64,000 bases of DNA from a candidate division WOR-3 bacterium (lineage in GTDB: Bacteria; Hydrothermota; Tepidihabitantia; Tepidihabitantales; Tepidihabitantaceae), in the NCBI GenBank assembly GCA_965649205.1, contig CBFGJV010000002.1:68764-132763 (forward strand). The letters are read 5' to 3'. Shown here one piece after another: positions 9,671 through 18,967 of the stretch (the first letter of the stretch is position 1; each line of letters opens with the position of its first letter). A program made the translations under genes and the position numbers. The notes below the pieces were generated by a model, which searched no databases, had not been told where the DNA came from, and saw only the letters and a program-made list of their open reading frames with translations.

Positions 9671-11101
9671 CTACCTGATCCAGCGACGACGTTCTGCCTC
9701 AAGACGGATGAGGTCCTTTCTGGTAATGCCGGTGGGATACTTGCCGATGAAACAGGCAGTGCAGAAATTTCTGTTTGAGTCGTCGCCCCGCACTGCGGTT
9801 ACCAGGCCCTCGAAGGTCTGGTATATCAGCTCGTCAACGCCTATTTTTTCCCTGATTTTGTTTAGAGGTAGCCGACGGGCGATGAACTCTCCGCGGGTCA
9901 TCATATCTATGCCGTACACGCAGGGATGGCGCAGCGGTGGAGCAGTAATCGCCAGATACACTCTTCGCGCACCTGCTTCCCGGACCATTTGCACTATCTC
10001 CCGGGAAGTGGTGCCCCGCACGATGGAATCGTCCACCAGCAACACGTCCTCGCCTTTTACCTGCGAGCGGACCGGATTCAACTTCTGGCGGACCGATTGA
10101 ATGCGCTGTTTCTGGCCGGGCATGATGAAGGTGCGGTGCACGTAGCGGTTCTTGATGAGACCTTCGCTCAGCCGCACCCCCAGACACGGAGCCAAGCAGT
10201 GGGCTGCGGCTCGGGCCGTATCCGGAACAGGTATGACCACGGTTGGTCTGATGCCTCTCCGTTTAATTTCCGCGGCGAGTTTTTCGCCTAGGCGCAGCCG
10301 CGCCTGGTATACTTCGATGCCGTCAAGGACAGAGTCGGGCCGGGCAAAATACACATACTCGAAGATACAGGGACGCGGAGTGGCGGGCGCGAGCAGACGT
10401 GTGTGTATGCGACCGGCAGAGTCGATGAAGACAGCTTCGCCGGGCAGTACATCGCGGAAGCGACGAAAGCCCAGCCGGTCCAGAGCTACGCTTTCCGAGG
10501 CAAAGCAGAATTCACTTCTGCGCCGGCCGAACACTAGGGGTTTGATCCCGTAGGGGTCGCGGAAGGCCAGCATTCCTTTCCCCTGGATGAGTCCCACTAC
10601 AGAATAGGAACCCTGCACCCGTCGGAAAACACCGCTTATGGCCTGGAAAACAGAGTCTGGTCCGAAGCAGGACAGGTCAGTTTTCTCCAGCTCCTGAGCG
10701 AAGACATTGAGGATAGGCTCTAAATCGGAGAAGCTTGTAAGCTGCCGTCTGTCTTTTAGCGTGAGCGAACGTCTGAGGTCGTAGTAGTTGGTCACATTTC
10801 CGTTGTGCACCATGGCGATACCGAAGGGATGATTCAGAAAGAAGGGCTGGGCGTCTTCGTCAGAGCCAGGGCCTACCGTGGGATAGCGTACATGGCCGAT
10901 GCCCACATGGCCGGTTAACCGGGCCAGGTTTTTCTCGTTGAAAACCATAGCCACAGTACCATTGCCTTTCTTCAGATGGAAGGTTATATCCGAGGTAACT
11001 ATGCCGGCTGAATCCTGGCCGCGATGTTGCAGGGCCACCAGTCCTTCCACCAGACTTTTGGCTACAGGCTGGTGCAGGCGAAGACCGAGTACGCCACACA
11101 T
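9671..11101 (-). CDS. purF: Amidophosphoribosyltransferase
   Basis: N-terminal MCG, LQHRGQDSAG, HNGN, CIFEYVYFARPDS, VDDSIVRGTTS, C..GIDM, CTAC. Confidence 0.97.
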   Translation of the reverse strand: MCGVLGLRLHQPVAKSLVEGLVALQHRGQDSAGIVTSDITFHLKKGNGTVAMVFNEKNLARLTGHVGIGHVRYPTVGPGSDEDAQPFFLNHPFGIAMVHNGNVTNYYDLRRSLTLKDRRQLTSFSDLEPILNVFAQELEKTDLSCFGPDSVFQAISGVFRRVQGSYSVVGLIQGKGMLAFRDPYGIKPLVFGRRRSEFCFASESVALDRLGFRRFRDVLPGEAVFIDSAGRIHTRLLAPATPRPCIFEYVYFARPDSVLDGIEVYQARLRLGEKLAAEIKRRGIRPTVVIPVPDTARAAAHCLAPCLGVRLSEGLIKNRYVHRTFIMPGQKQRIQSVRQKLNPVRSQVKGEDVLLVDDSIVRGTTSREIVQMVREAGARRVYLAITAPPLRHPCVYGIDMMTRGEFIARRLPLNKIREKIGVDELIYQTFEGLVTAVRGDDSNRNFCTACFIGKYPTGITRKDLIRLEAERRRWIR

Positions 11102-11107
11102 GGTCGG

Positions 11108-11135
11108 ATTCTAGGACGGGACGGTTACAAGTCAA
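11108..11135 (-). promoter_or_regulatory. Probable leaderless promoter of purF
   Basis: TTGACT-N16-TAGAAT-N6-ATG; no SD. Confidence 0.7.
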
Positions 11136-11176
11136 ATACAGTCCCTGTGGGGTGTTGCGGCGTCGTTGCGGCGATA

Positions 11177-12388
11177 CTAGGAGGTCTGCTTGCGCACCAG
11201 GCGCAGAAAGCGGCGCTTGCCTATTTTGAGAATGCGCGGTGCAGATTCCACCTTCACTATCAAGTTCGGGTCGGTCACACGCACCGCATCCAGATGAAAC
11301 GCTCCCTCAGCCAGTTTCCGTCGGGCTTCGCTTTTGGAAGGCAATAGACCTGATTCTACAGCTATAGCAATTATGTTACTGCCTTCGGGCGGTACCGCAT
11401 ACTCCGGCATTTCCTCGGGCAGCCCCTTTTCCCGGAACACCTGATTGAATTCCTCTTCTGCCTGCCGGGCTTCCGCGGCGGAATGGTAAATGGTCACTAT
11501 TTCCCGGGCCAGTTCTGCCTTAAGGTCGCGCGGATTCTCGGTCCGCAGCCGTTTTTCCAGTTCGGCCAGTTCTGCCTCTGTGCGGTCGGTGCACAGACGG
11601 AAATAGTCCATAATCAGCGTATCTGGTATGGACATAAGCTTACCGAACATCTCAGCGGGCGGGTCGGATATGCTTACATAGTTGCCATAGGACTTGGACA
11701 TTTTCTGTCGGCCATCAAGGCCCAAAAGCAGAGGCACAGTCATTACCACCTGTGGTTCCTGGCCGAATTCTCGTTGCAGCTCGCGGCCTACCAAAAGATT
11801 CCAGTACTGGTCTGAACCGCCTAGCTCTATGTCTGCCTGGACTGCCACCGAATCGTAGCCCTGGAACAGGGGATAAAGCAGTTCGTGCACGTGTATGGGC
11901 ACGCCCTTCTCCAGCCGCGATTTGAAATCTTCGCGTTCAATCAGACGAGCCAGGGTGTAACGCGAAGCTATATGCACCAGCTGCTTGCCCGTAAGCGGGT
12001 CGGACCATTCCGAGTTGTAGCGGAATTCACATCGGTCCGGACGCAGAATCTTGAAGGCTTGCTCCCGGTAACGTTGCAGGTTTTTCTGTATTTCTTCTTC
12101 TGTAAGCTGAGGTCTGGTCTTGGAGCGGCCGGTAGGGTCTCCGATTCTGCCAGTGAAATCGCCCACGATGAGCACGGCCGTATGTCCTGCATCCTGAAAC
12201 TGACGCAGTTTGCGCAGAGGCACAGCAAAGCCGAGATGGATGTCCGGGCCGGAAGCGTCTATGCCGAGTTTTACCCGCAGGGGTCGTCCGGTTCTCTCTG
12301 CCTTTTCCAGTTTGGCGACCAGCTCCTGCTCTGTTTCCAGGCGATCTACTCCTCGGAGAAGCAGGGCAAGGTTGGTGGCGGAATGCAT
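11177..12388 (-). CDS. tyrS: Tyrosine--tRNA ligase
   Basis: KLGID, HIGH-like HLGF, GDFTGRIGDPTG, YPLFQGYDS, ELGGSDQ, KMSKS, C-terminal S4 domain. Confidence 0.96.
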   Translation of the reverse strand: MHSATNLALLLRGVDRLETEQELVAKLEKAERTGRPLRVKLGIDASGPDIHLGFAVPLRKLRQFQDAGHTAVLIVGDFTGRIGDPTGRSKTRPQLTEEEIQKNLQRYREQAFKILRPDRCEFRYNSEWSDPLTGKQLVHIASRYTLARLIEREDFKSRLEKGVPIHVHELLYPLFQGYDSVAVQADIELGGSDQYWNLLVGRELQREFGQEPQVVMTVPLLLGLDGRQKMSKSYGNYVSISDPPAEMFGKLMSIPDTLIMDYFRLCTDRTEAELAELEKRLRTENPRDLKAELAREIVTIYHSAAEARQAEEEFNQVFREKGLPEEMPEYAVPPEGSNIIAIAVESGLLPSKSEARRKLAEGAFHLDAVRVTDPNLIVKVESAPRILKIGKRRFLRLVRKQTS

Positions 12389-12390
12389 GA

Positions 12391-12873
12391 TTACAGTTGG
12401 AAGTCGCCCAACTGTTCCGGATCAAGAGAGCGGAGCCGGGAGCGGATTTCGGCCAGTTTTTCTTCGTCTTCGGGCGAAACTAGCTGGCCAGCCTTGTCCA
12501 TTACTTCTTCGGCCACGAAGATAGGGGCCTTGGTTCGTAAAGCCAGGCCGATAGAATCGGACGGTCTTGCGTCAATGACTATTATCCTGCCCTGGGTTTC
12601 GACAACTACATCTGCGTAGTAGGTATCGTCCTCAATACGAGATACTATTACTCGTTTTAATTTGCCCTCCAGTCCTTCCACGAGCAGTTTCATCAGGTCC
12701 AGTGTAAGAGGGCGGGTAAAGGGCGTGTCCTGCAGAGCGTAGGCTATGGCGGACGCTTCGTAGGGGCCGATGTAGATGGGGAGCAGACGGTTGCCCTCCA
12801 GTTCTCGCAAGAGAACTACGGGAGAATTATTTGAGCTGTCCAAGAGCAGTCCTTCAACCCGGACTTCAATCAC
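12391..12873 (-). CDS. Bifunctional nuclease family protein (DUF151)
   Basis: LPIYIGPYEA, RPLT.DL, IDARPSDSIGLALR. Confidence 0.92.
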   Translation of the reverse strand: MIEVRVEGLLLDSSNNSPVVLLRELEGNRLLPIYIGPYEASAIAYALQDTPFTRPLTLDLMKLLVEGLEGKLKRVIVSRIEDDTYYADVVVETQGRIIVIDARPSDSIGLALRTKAPIFVAEEVMDKAGQLVSPEDEEKLAEIRSRLRSLDPEQLGDFQL

Positions 12874-12950
12874 AGAACAATCAGCAGACTGGGGAGAAAA
12901 ACCAAAACCTGATTCTGCTGTTTCGGAGAAAGATGAGGCGCGCTGGGTTT

Positions 12951-13409
12951 TCAGGCATGGGAATAAGGGGAGACTTCAGCCACCCAGACCTTGACAGTCG
13001 CTACGACTTCGTGCCCCAGCTTTACTGGTATATCGTAAGTGCCGGGATGTTTAATCGGTTCTTCCAGGACGATGGAGTGTCGGTCCACCTTGTATCCCTG
13101 CTGGGCCAGAAGTTCACAGATGTCAGCGTTGGTAATGGCGCCGAATGCCCCTTCTTCTCCCATTTTTAGCTCGGCCTTCAACACCAGTTGCCCCAGCTTC
13201 TCGGCTAGACCTGCCAGGCGTTGTCTGGTCTTTTCTTCTTTAGTGGCAAGCTGGCGTTGCAGGGCAGATAACTGTTTCATCTGTGCCGGAGTGGCGCGCA
13301 GAGCTAGGCGGCGAGGAAGCAAATAATTGCGGGCGTACCCGTCCTTCACGGTTACGACCTGGCCTCTTGTTCCCAGTCGGTCAATATTTTCCAGTAAAAT
13401 TACCTTCAT
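12951..13409 (-). CDS. rplI: 50S ribosomal protein L9
   Basis: [27 protein letters not shown]. Confidence 0.97.
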   Translation of the reverse strand: MKVILLENIDRLGTRGQVVTVKDGYARNYLLPRRLALRATPAQMKQLSALQRQLATKEEKTRQRLAGLAEKLGQLVLKAELKMGEEGAFGAITNADICELLAQQGYKVDRHSIVLEEPIKHPGTYDIPVKLGHEVVATVKVWVAEVSPYSHA

Positions 13410-13654
13410 GATATCACGTAGGGCAGAAGCGCCAGGTTGCGGGCAATCTTGATGGCCCGGGTTAGAAGCCTCTGGTGTCGGGCACAGGTACCCGAGAGCT
13501 TGGAGGAAACAATCTTGCCTCTCTCGGTAAGAAAATTACGCAGACTCTGGTCCCGGTAATCTATGTATTTGACGTCCCGCTCGCAGAAACTGCAGGTACG
13601 GCGGTGCCTGCTTGCCGGCCGTCGCGGTCTTGTGGAATTGGTTCGCTTCATCAT
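13406..13654 (-). CDS. rpsR: 30S ribosomal protein S18 (zinc-binding C+ type)
   Basis: [34 protein letters not shown]; own promoter TTGACT-N16-TATCCT. Confidence 0.96.
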   Translation of the reverse strand: MMKRTNSTRPRRPASRHRRTCSFCERDVKYIDYRDQSLRNFLTERGKIVSSKLSGTCARHQRLLTRAIKIARNLALLPYVIS

Positions 13655-13708
13655 AAGTGGTTGAAGGATAGGAGAATCCTAGAGAAAGTCAAGATGCTAA
13701 CGTGCGGG

Positions 13709-14149
13709 TCAGCATTCTTCTTCGTCTTCTGGGGTTATTTCCAGTAATACCCCTTTGTCTTTCAGCCGGGTACGTAATGATTCGGACAAACCTTCTACGC
13801 GGCATTGGCACCAGCGCTCATATTCGGCTTTGCTGTCACGTAGAGTCTGGCGGAAGGCACGAAAGGGGTTCTGCTTGTCCAGAGCTGAAATCAGCTTGGC
13901 ACGGAGTTCCTGATTTGCTACTGTGGTGGCAAAGCGCTTCATTATGGCAAGCTCCTTTCCCGGGGTTTGGGGAGCAATGCGTACAAAGCGGTTCGGTTCT
14001 GCTTTGATCATGGCGAGAATTCGTTCGCGGTTAAAGGAGAATACGGGCATTATTTCGCCGGTGGAAGTATCAAGGTAATGAGGCGTCTCCGGCATGCGGT
14101 TGGTGAGAGCAATAAGCAGCTCGCGGCCTGAGACTTTTATGGTGCGCAC
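13709..14149 (-). CDS. UPF0158 family protein
   Basis: HYLDTSTGEI, IMKRFATTV...LRAKL..AL...PFRAFR..L....ERW; leaderless TTGACG-N16-TAGAAT-N6-GTG. Confidence 0.8.
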   Translation of the reverse strand: MRTIKVSGRELLIALTNRMPETPHYLDTSTGEIMPVFSFNRERILAMIKAEPNRFVRIAPQTPGKELAIMKRFATTVANQELRAKLISALDKQNPFRAFRQTLRDSKAEYERWCQCRVEGLSESLRTRLKDKGVLLEITPEDEEEC

Positions 14150-14190
14150 CGCAGGATTCTAGTGTGTTCCGCGTGGGCGTCAATGTGAAA

Positions 14191-15255
14191 CTAGCGCCAG
14201 TGAAAGATTTCGCCCGGATAAAAGCGAAACAAGTTTTCCCGCAGTTCCAGCCAGCCGGGTTTGCCGGCGAGCGTGAAGCGACAGACCGGTCCGGACAGTC
14301 CCCTGGCCTCCTCGATAATTCTCAACAGTCTCCATTCGCCGTCCTGCAAGGCGGCAAAGCCTCTTCCTTTTCCGGTTGTTCCCAGTCCGGGCACAAAAAA
14401 GCCGTAGGCTACCAGAGTATCCCCCACGTTGAAAAGCGAAAGTGGACCTGCAGCCAGTACCTGTTCTTTGGAAAACCAGTTTCGCCAAGGAAAAGGAGTG
14501 GTGGTGAGCAAAAGAGAGTCTTCCTGGCGGGTAAGTACGGCATAGACACTGGGCTGCAGGGTAGGATAAACGCGGGCCAGCACTGGCAATACGCCCCAGT
14601 ACTCCTCCAGCCGACAGGCGCCACAAAGGATCGGTTCTTGTTCCCAGCGCAGGCCGAGAGCATAAGCATTACGGGGAACAAAGGCGGAATCAGAAATGTC
14701 ATAAAGCCGTACAAGCCTTGCCGACAGAGAAGAATCTAACGGTGACAGCTCCAGGGTGGCAATCTCTGGTACCGAGTCGTCTTCCAAGTCACATACGACA
14801 GCCGCAACCGGCCAGGCTCCGGGCATGGGAACGGTCCTCTTCCTGATGGAATCTGAGCCGAAACTTACAACTACGCACGATTCAGCGCCGAAAAGCAGGA
14901 GCTCGCTCAAACCGTTTCGGTCCAGGTCGCAGACGGTCCAGGGAGTTGCTCCCAGGCGGGCTGCAGGCACGTTGGAAGAAAGCAACGGTTCACTTTGCCA
15001 GACTGGCACAAATTTCTGGCCGGCCAGCCGGAGCAGCACCAGGCGATAGAGCTTTGCTTCTGTTTTAGGGCGAAGAGAGCCTGCAGACAAAGTGATGGTG
15101 CCCAAAGACTGTTCGGCCAGCACGTCGTCAATGTCAGTGGAGACAAATCTGGCAGAGACGATAGATGTGATATTTTCCACTGGCGAACGGCCCAGAAGTT
15201 CAGCCCCCGGTTCGGCAAGACTCAGAAACAGACTAAGAGCCAGACCCAAGAGCAT
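14191..15255 (-). CDS. Secreted hypothetical protein with FG-GAP-like motifs
   Basis: Signal peptide; DLDRNGLSELLL and DLEDDSVPEIA; start moved to ATG 15255 because 15267 overlaps a -10 box. Confidence 0.6.
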   Translation of the reverse strand: MLLGLALSLFLSLAEPGAELLGRSPVENITSIVSARFVSTDIDDVLAEQSLGTITLSAGSLRPKTEAKLYRLVLLRLAGQKFVPVWQSEPLLSSNVPAARLGATPWTVCDLDRNGLSELLLFGAESCVVVSFGSDSIRKRTVPMPGAWPVAAVVCDLEDDSVPEIATLELSPLDSSLSARLVRLYDISDSAFVPRNAYALGLRWEQEPILCGACRLEEYWGVLPVLARVYPTLQPSVYAVLTRQEDSLLLTTTPFPWRNWFSKEQVLAAGPLSLFNVGDTLVAYGFFVPGLGTTGKGRGFAALQDGEWRLLRIIEEARGLSGPVCRFTLAGKPGWLELRENLFRFYPGEIFHWR

Positions 15256-15430
15256 TTGTTGTAACATTAGGGTGCAAAGCGCTTTCTGTCAACTCGCTTA
15301 CACACTTCTCCCCACTTTGGTAATTATGAGCCAGAAAGATGGTAACTAAAATATATTTATTTCATTGTCCAATTTCGGTTACTATAGTTAAAGCTTATAT
15401 GAAATTTATTAATATTATTGCAACCAATGC

Positions 15431-15459
15431 TTGACTTTTTCGTCTAAGGTCTATAGAAT
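15431..15459 (+). promoter_or_regulatory. Promoter of the DUF2089 operon within an AT-rich region
   Basis: TTGACT-N17-TAGAAT; AT-rich stretch 15345-15425. Confidence 0.6.
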
Positions 15460-15557
15460 AACATCAAGTCACCGAGATTAGCTCCTGACATGTAGTCAGG
15501 GATTGGGTTGGTTTTGTAAGCCAAGGTGAGATATAATGAACACTTGGGAGGTCAGTA

Positions 15558-15815
15558 ATGTGTTTGTTATTTAGATTGTTACTTGGTCTGGTGTTTATAA
15601 TTCTTCTTATGTGGAATTTACCGGGGTTGCCTACGGTTGGATCGATGCCTGAAGTGGTTGTCAGGGCTTGTCCGCCAGAATATGAATATGAGTCAATCCC
15701 GGAAGTGGTAGTTGTGGCCACAGGACCCACGGGAGAGTTGCCCGAGGTGGTGGTACGGGCAAAAGCTCCACGTCTTGTCAGTGACGCAACTCAGGGTCTT
15801 TTTCGTAGCAATTGA
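15558..15815 (+). CDS. Small exported/membrane-anchored protein with three [MIL]PEVVV[RV]A motifs
   Basis: GGAGG SD, N-terminal hydrophobic helix, internal repeats. Confidence 0.75.
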   Translation: MCLLFRLLLGLVFIILLMWNLPGLPTVGSMPEVVVRACPPEYEYESIPEVVVVATGPTGELPEVVVRAKAPRLVSDATQGLFRSN

Positions 15816-15825
15816 GGAGGTATGA

Positions 15826-16206
15826 TTGAATCAGAAGAACAGGCTAATCACTCATTGTCCTGTATGCAATTCCGGTATGACCATTACCGAGTTGAGCTGT
15901 GACGCCTGTGGTACGACGGTGCGAGGCAGATTCGGCATTCCTGAACTGTGTCGGTTGCCCCCCGCCCTCTACCAGTTTCTCATCGTGTTTGTGCGTAACC
16001 GCGGCGTGATCAGGGAAGTGGAGCGTGAGCTGGGCATCTCCTATCCTACGGTACGTTCCCGGCTGGATGCGCTGCTTTCTGCTCTCGGGTATGCCTCTCC
16101 TTCCTCTCGTGCAGAAGTGGACAGAGCTCAGGTGCTTGAACTTTTGGAAAACGGTGAGATTACGCCTGAGGTAGCGGAGAAGATGCTGAGAGGTGAGCCA
16201 GTGTAG
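15826..16206 (+). CDS. DUF2089 family zinc-ribbon/HTH regulator with C-terminal SHOCT-like helix
   Basis: CPVC...CDAC, ERELGISYPTVRSRLD, VLELLENGEIT. Confidence 0.9.
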   Translation: MNQKNRLITHCPVCNSGMTITELSCDACGTTVRGRFGIPELCRLPPALYQFLIVFVRNRGVIREVERELGISYPTVRSRLDALLSALGYASPSSRAEVDRAQVLELLENGEITPEVAEKMLRGEPV

Positions 16207-16230
16207 GGTCTGGACAAAGAGGAGGAAAAT

Positions 16231-17127
16231 TTGCATGAGGAGAGGGCTAGAATACTTAGGTTGCTGGAGGAGGGGAAGATCACTGCCGACCAAGCAGCCA
16301 GATTGATACAGGCACTGGGTGCCGGCCGTACAGAATCAGAAGAGTTTTCTAGTGGGTTTGGGCATCGGCGCTGGGGAAGGGCTATAGTTGGGGAGCTGGA
16401 CCGCATACCGGATATTGTGGCCCAGGCGGTTTCCTCGGCTCTGAGTTCCGGCTGCGGCGCGAGCGAAAAATCCCAGGTGGAGTTTTCGGACAAGAAGAAC
16501 CTGTTTCTGAAAAGCGTGAGCGGCAATGTGCAGCTGCTGGGTTGGGACCAGAAACGAATCATTCTGGAGGGAGGTGGGACCTTTATGCGAGTGCGGGAAA
16601 AGGGAGACCAGTTGATGGTGCGCTCCATCTCCGGTGATATTACCGGTAATGTACCGGCAGAAACTTGTCTGGAAGTCGCTTCTGTTTCCGGGGATATTAC
16701 CGTGAGCGGGGTGCGTGGTAAATTCGGTCTCAAGAGTGTATCCGGGAATGTGGAGCTGGCGGATTTCCAGGGAGAGGTGGAAATTGCTTCGGTCTCTGGG
16801 GATGTCAGTCTGCTGCGCGTTTCCGGCAGAATGAAGATAGAAACTCATTCGGGTGATATAGAGATTCTGCCGGTGGGCGAGTTTGAAGGAGAGGTGGTCA
16901 CCAAATCAGGAGATATTGAGTTGCGGATGGGGGATGGGGTCGATGTGTTGCTGGGGGCAGAATGCGAAGAGGCCGGGGAAGTTCACCTGGAGGAAGGACT
17001 CGCGGCCGAAGTACTAGAGCAGACCGGACGGTTGGTCAGGTTGAAGTTTGGTGCAGGCAGTCGAATAATGAAACTGAGAACCCACTGCGCTGATATCAAG
17101 GTGCGCAGGGTGGGAAAGGAACCGTGA
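16231..17127 (+). CDS. SHOCT-like plus DUF4097 beta-repeat (YvlB/LiaX-like) protein
   Basis: ERARILRLLEEGKIT; repeated SVSGD/SVSGN units. Confidence 0.85.
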   Translation: MHEERARILRLLEEGKITADQAARLIQALGAGRTESEEFSSGFGHRRWGRAIVGELDRIPDIVAQAVSSALSSGCGASEKSQVEFSDKKNLFLKSVSGNVQLLGWDQKRIILEGGGTFMRVREKGDQLMVRSISGDITGNVPAETCLEVASVSGDITVSGVRGKFGLKSVSGNVELADFQGEVEIASVSGDVSLLRVSGRMKIETHSGDIEILPVGEFEGEVVTKSGDIELRMGDGVDVLLGAECEEAGEVHLEEGLAAEVLEQTGRLVRLKFGAGSRIMKLRTHCADIKVRRVGKEP

Positions 17128-17151
17128 AAAAAAGAGAGAAAGGAGGCAGAA

Positions 17152-17337
17152 ATGATAAGAGGAATTGTATGGGGCCTGGTGGTCATAGCCATAGGACTGT
17201 GGATATGGTTGGCTAATCTGGGCGTACTTACATCAGGCATTGTATTCCGCCGGGACTGGCCGGTGATAATCATAATCATCGGCCTTTTGAGCGTAGCTGA
17301 GGCCCTGTCGTGGTACATACGGAGGAGGAAACCATGA
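17152..17337 (+). CDS. Small 2-TM LiaI/LiaF-like (DUF5668) protein
   Basis: WGLVVIAIGLWIWLANLG...RDWPVIIIIIGL; AGGAGG SD. Confidence 0.8.
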   Translation: MIRGIVWGLVVIAIGLWIWLANLGVLTSGIVFRRDWPVIIIIIGLLSVAEALSWYIRRRKP

Positions 17338-17597
17338 GGCGTTTGTGGTGGGGGCTGTTCCTGCTGATACTCGGAGTGTGGATATGGCTTTCGCAACTGG
17401 GCGTGCCCTATGTTTCTTTTTCCCGTAACTGGCCGCTCATTCTGATTGCTTTCGGCGTTTACCTTATTGTCCGGACACTAAGACGGAAACGGAGAGACGG
17501 ACGAGGCAGGGTTAGGGTCATTATTGACCGGTTGGAAGAAGGGCGCATCGGGGTGGAAGAGGCTATAACCGAAATAATGGGGGATCACGATGACTGA
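17334..17597 (+). CDS. DUF5668-like 2-TM protein with C-terminal SHOCT-like helix
   Basis: ATG 17334 overlaps the upstream stop (ATGA); WGLFLLILG..RNWPLILI; IIDRLEEGRIG. Confidence 0.8.
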   Translation: MRRLWWGLFLLILGVWIWLSQLGVPYVSFSRNWPLILIAFGVYLIVRTLRRKRRDGRGRVRVIIDRLEEGRIGVEEAITEIMGDHDD

Positions 17598-17949
17598 AGA
17601 AATGAGGAGAATCCTTAAGCTTCTGGAAGATAGAAAAATAACTGCCGTAGAGGCAGAGAAGCTGATTTCCGCTTTGGAAGCAACAGAAGCCAGTTCAGAG
17701 AAGAATCGGTTTCTGAAGGTGAAGGTGTGGGAAAAGGGAAAAGAGCGGGCGAAGGTCAACGTGACTTTGCCCCTGGCGCTGGTGAAGTGGGGACTGAAGA
17801 TGGCTCCGGCGTCGGCAAGGGCCAAGATTGCTGAGCAAGATATAGACCTGCGGATGGTATCTGATGCCTTGGAGAAGGGAATCGTGGGTAAGATTGTGGA
17901 AGTGGATGACGAGGCCAGGGGCGAGCATATAGAGGTGTGGCTGGAGTAA
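17590..17949 (+). CDS. SHOCT-like domain protein
   Basis: EMRRILKLLEDRKITAVEAEKL, KVNVTLPL, GKIVEVDD...VWLE. Confidence 0.85.
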   Translation: MTEEMRRILKLLEDRKITAVEAEKLISALEATEASSEKNRFLKVKVWEKGKERAKVNVTLPLALVKWGLKMAPASARAKIAEQDIDLRMVSDALEKGIVGKIVEVDDEARGEHIEVWLE

Positions 17950-18052
17950 CTCTGGTCCGGGGAGAAGAGGAAAACAGACCTTGCTCTGAAGAGGAAGGAG
18001 ACAGAGAATTTTGACACTGCCCTGAGAATCGCTATACTGGACGCGATTTTTC

Positions 18053-18967
18053 ATGCTCAGGGTTGTTGTTTTTTCTTTTATCTTGCTTGGCCTGGCCGCG
18101 GGTTCTAATCTGACCGATTTTGCGGTCCGAGGGGGCGTAATTCCAGCCACAGTAGATGTGAACGGACAGCCTTATTACTGGAGCCAGTTCGCCCGTTTTC
18201 TACTGCCCGGTGAGACATTGCGTTTGCGGCTTCATTCTGGCAGAGAGGGCAGCGGCTGGATAGCGGCGGCAGGAGAGCTTCTGGAAAAAGACGGTTTTAC
18301 CCTATGGGTAGCACCTTTTGTGCCTGGTCTTTATCCTTTGCTGGCGACTGTGGGCAGTACCATTATGCGTCTTAATGCGTTTGTAATGGTACCGGCAGAG
18401 CGGGTGAACAACGGCGTTCTGAACGGTTTTTCTATCGGCAAATACGAACGCACTCCGCCATTTGTCAGATTTGGAAAACCGCGGGGGTTCATCGAGGTTA
18501 CGGCTGACAATGTGCACACGCCGGTGTCACCTCGGTACACTCTGGGCGATTTTGCGCCGCATGTGGAGGGCTATCCCAAGTATATGCTGCTGCGTGAGGA
18601 GCTGCTCGTTAAGCTGGAGCTTCTTACCGATTTGGTGTGTTCCAGGATAAAGGGGCTGGACAGATTGAGCATTCTGAGCGGATACAGGACCCCGGCAGGA
18701 CACAGACCGGGCAAGAGCAGCGCTCACTATTACGGGGGCGCGGTGGACGTATTCGTCGATGTCAATCACGACGGCACTATGGACGACTTGAATGGTGATG
18801 GTCAGTCCAATGCGGCCGACGCCAAGTTGCTTGCGTCTTGGGTGGATGAACTGGAAAGTATCTACCCGGAGTTGGTGGGCGGCTGTGGCTGGTATCGCCG
18901 TACCAGGTCGCGCGGTCCCTTTGTCCACACTGATGTGCGTGGCGAACCGATACGCTGGCATCGGTGA
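18053..18967 (+). CDS. Secreted M15-family (YcbK-like) zinc peptidase with EF-hand-like loop
   Basis: SGYRTP, SAHYYGGAVD, FVHTDVRG, DVNHDGTMDDLNGDG; promoter TTGACA(18011)-N16-TATACT. Confidence 0.82.
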   Translation: MLRVVVFSFILLGLAAGSNLTDFAVRGGVIPATVDVNGQPYYWSQFARFLLPGETLRLRLHSGREGSGWIAAAGELLEKDGFTLWVAPFVPGLYPLLATVGSTIMRLNAFVMVPAERVNNGVLNGFSIGKYERTPPFVRFGKPRGFIEVTADNVHTPVSPRYTLGDFAPHVEGYPKYMLLREELLVKLELLTDLVCSRIKGLDRLSILSGYRTPAGHRPGKSSAHYYGGAVDVFVDVNHDGTMDDLNGDGQSNAADAKLLASWVDELESIYPELVGGCGWYRRTRSRGPFVHTDVRGEPIRWHR

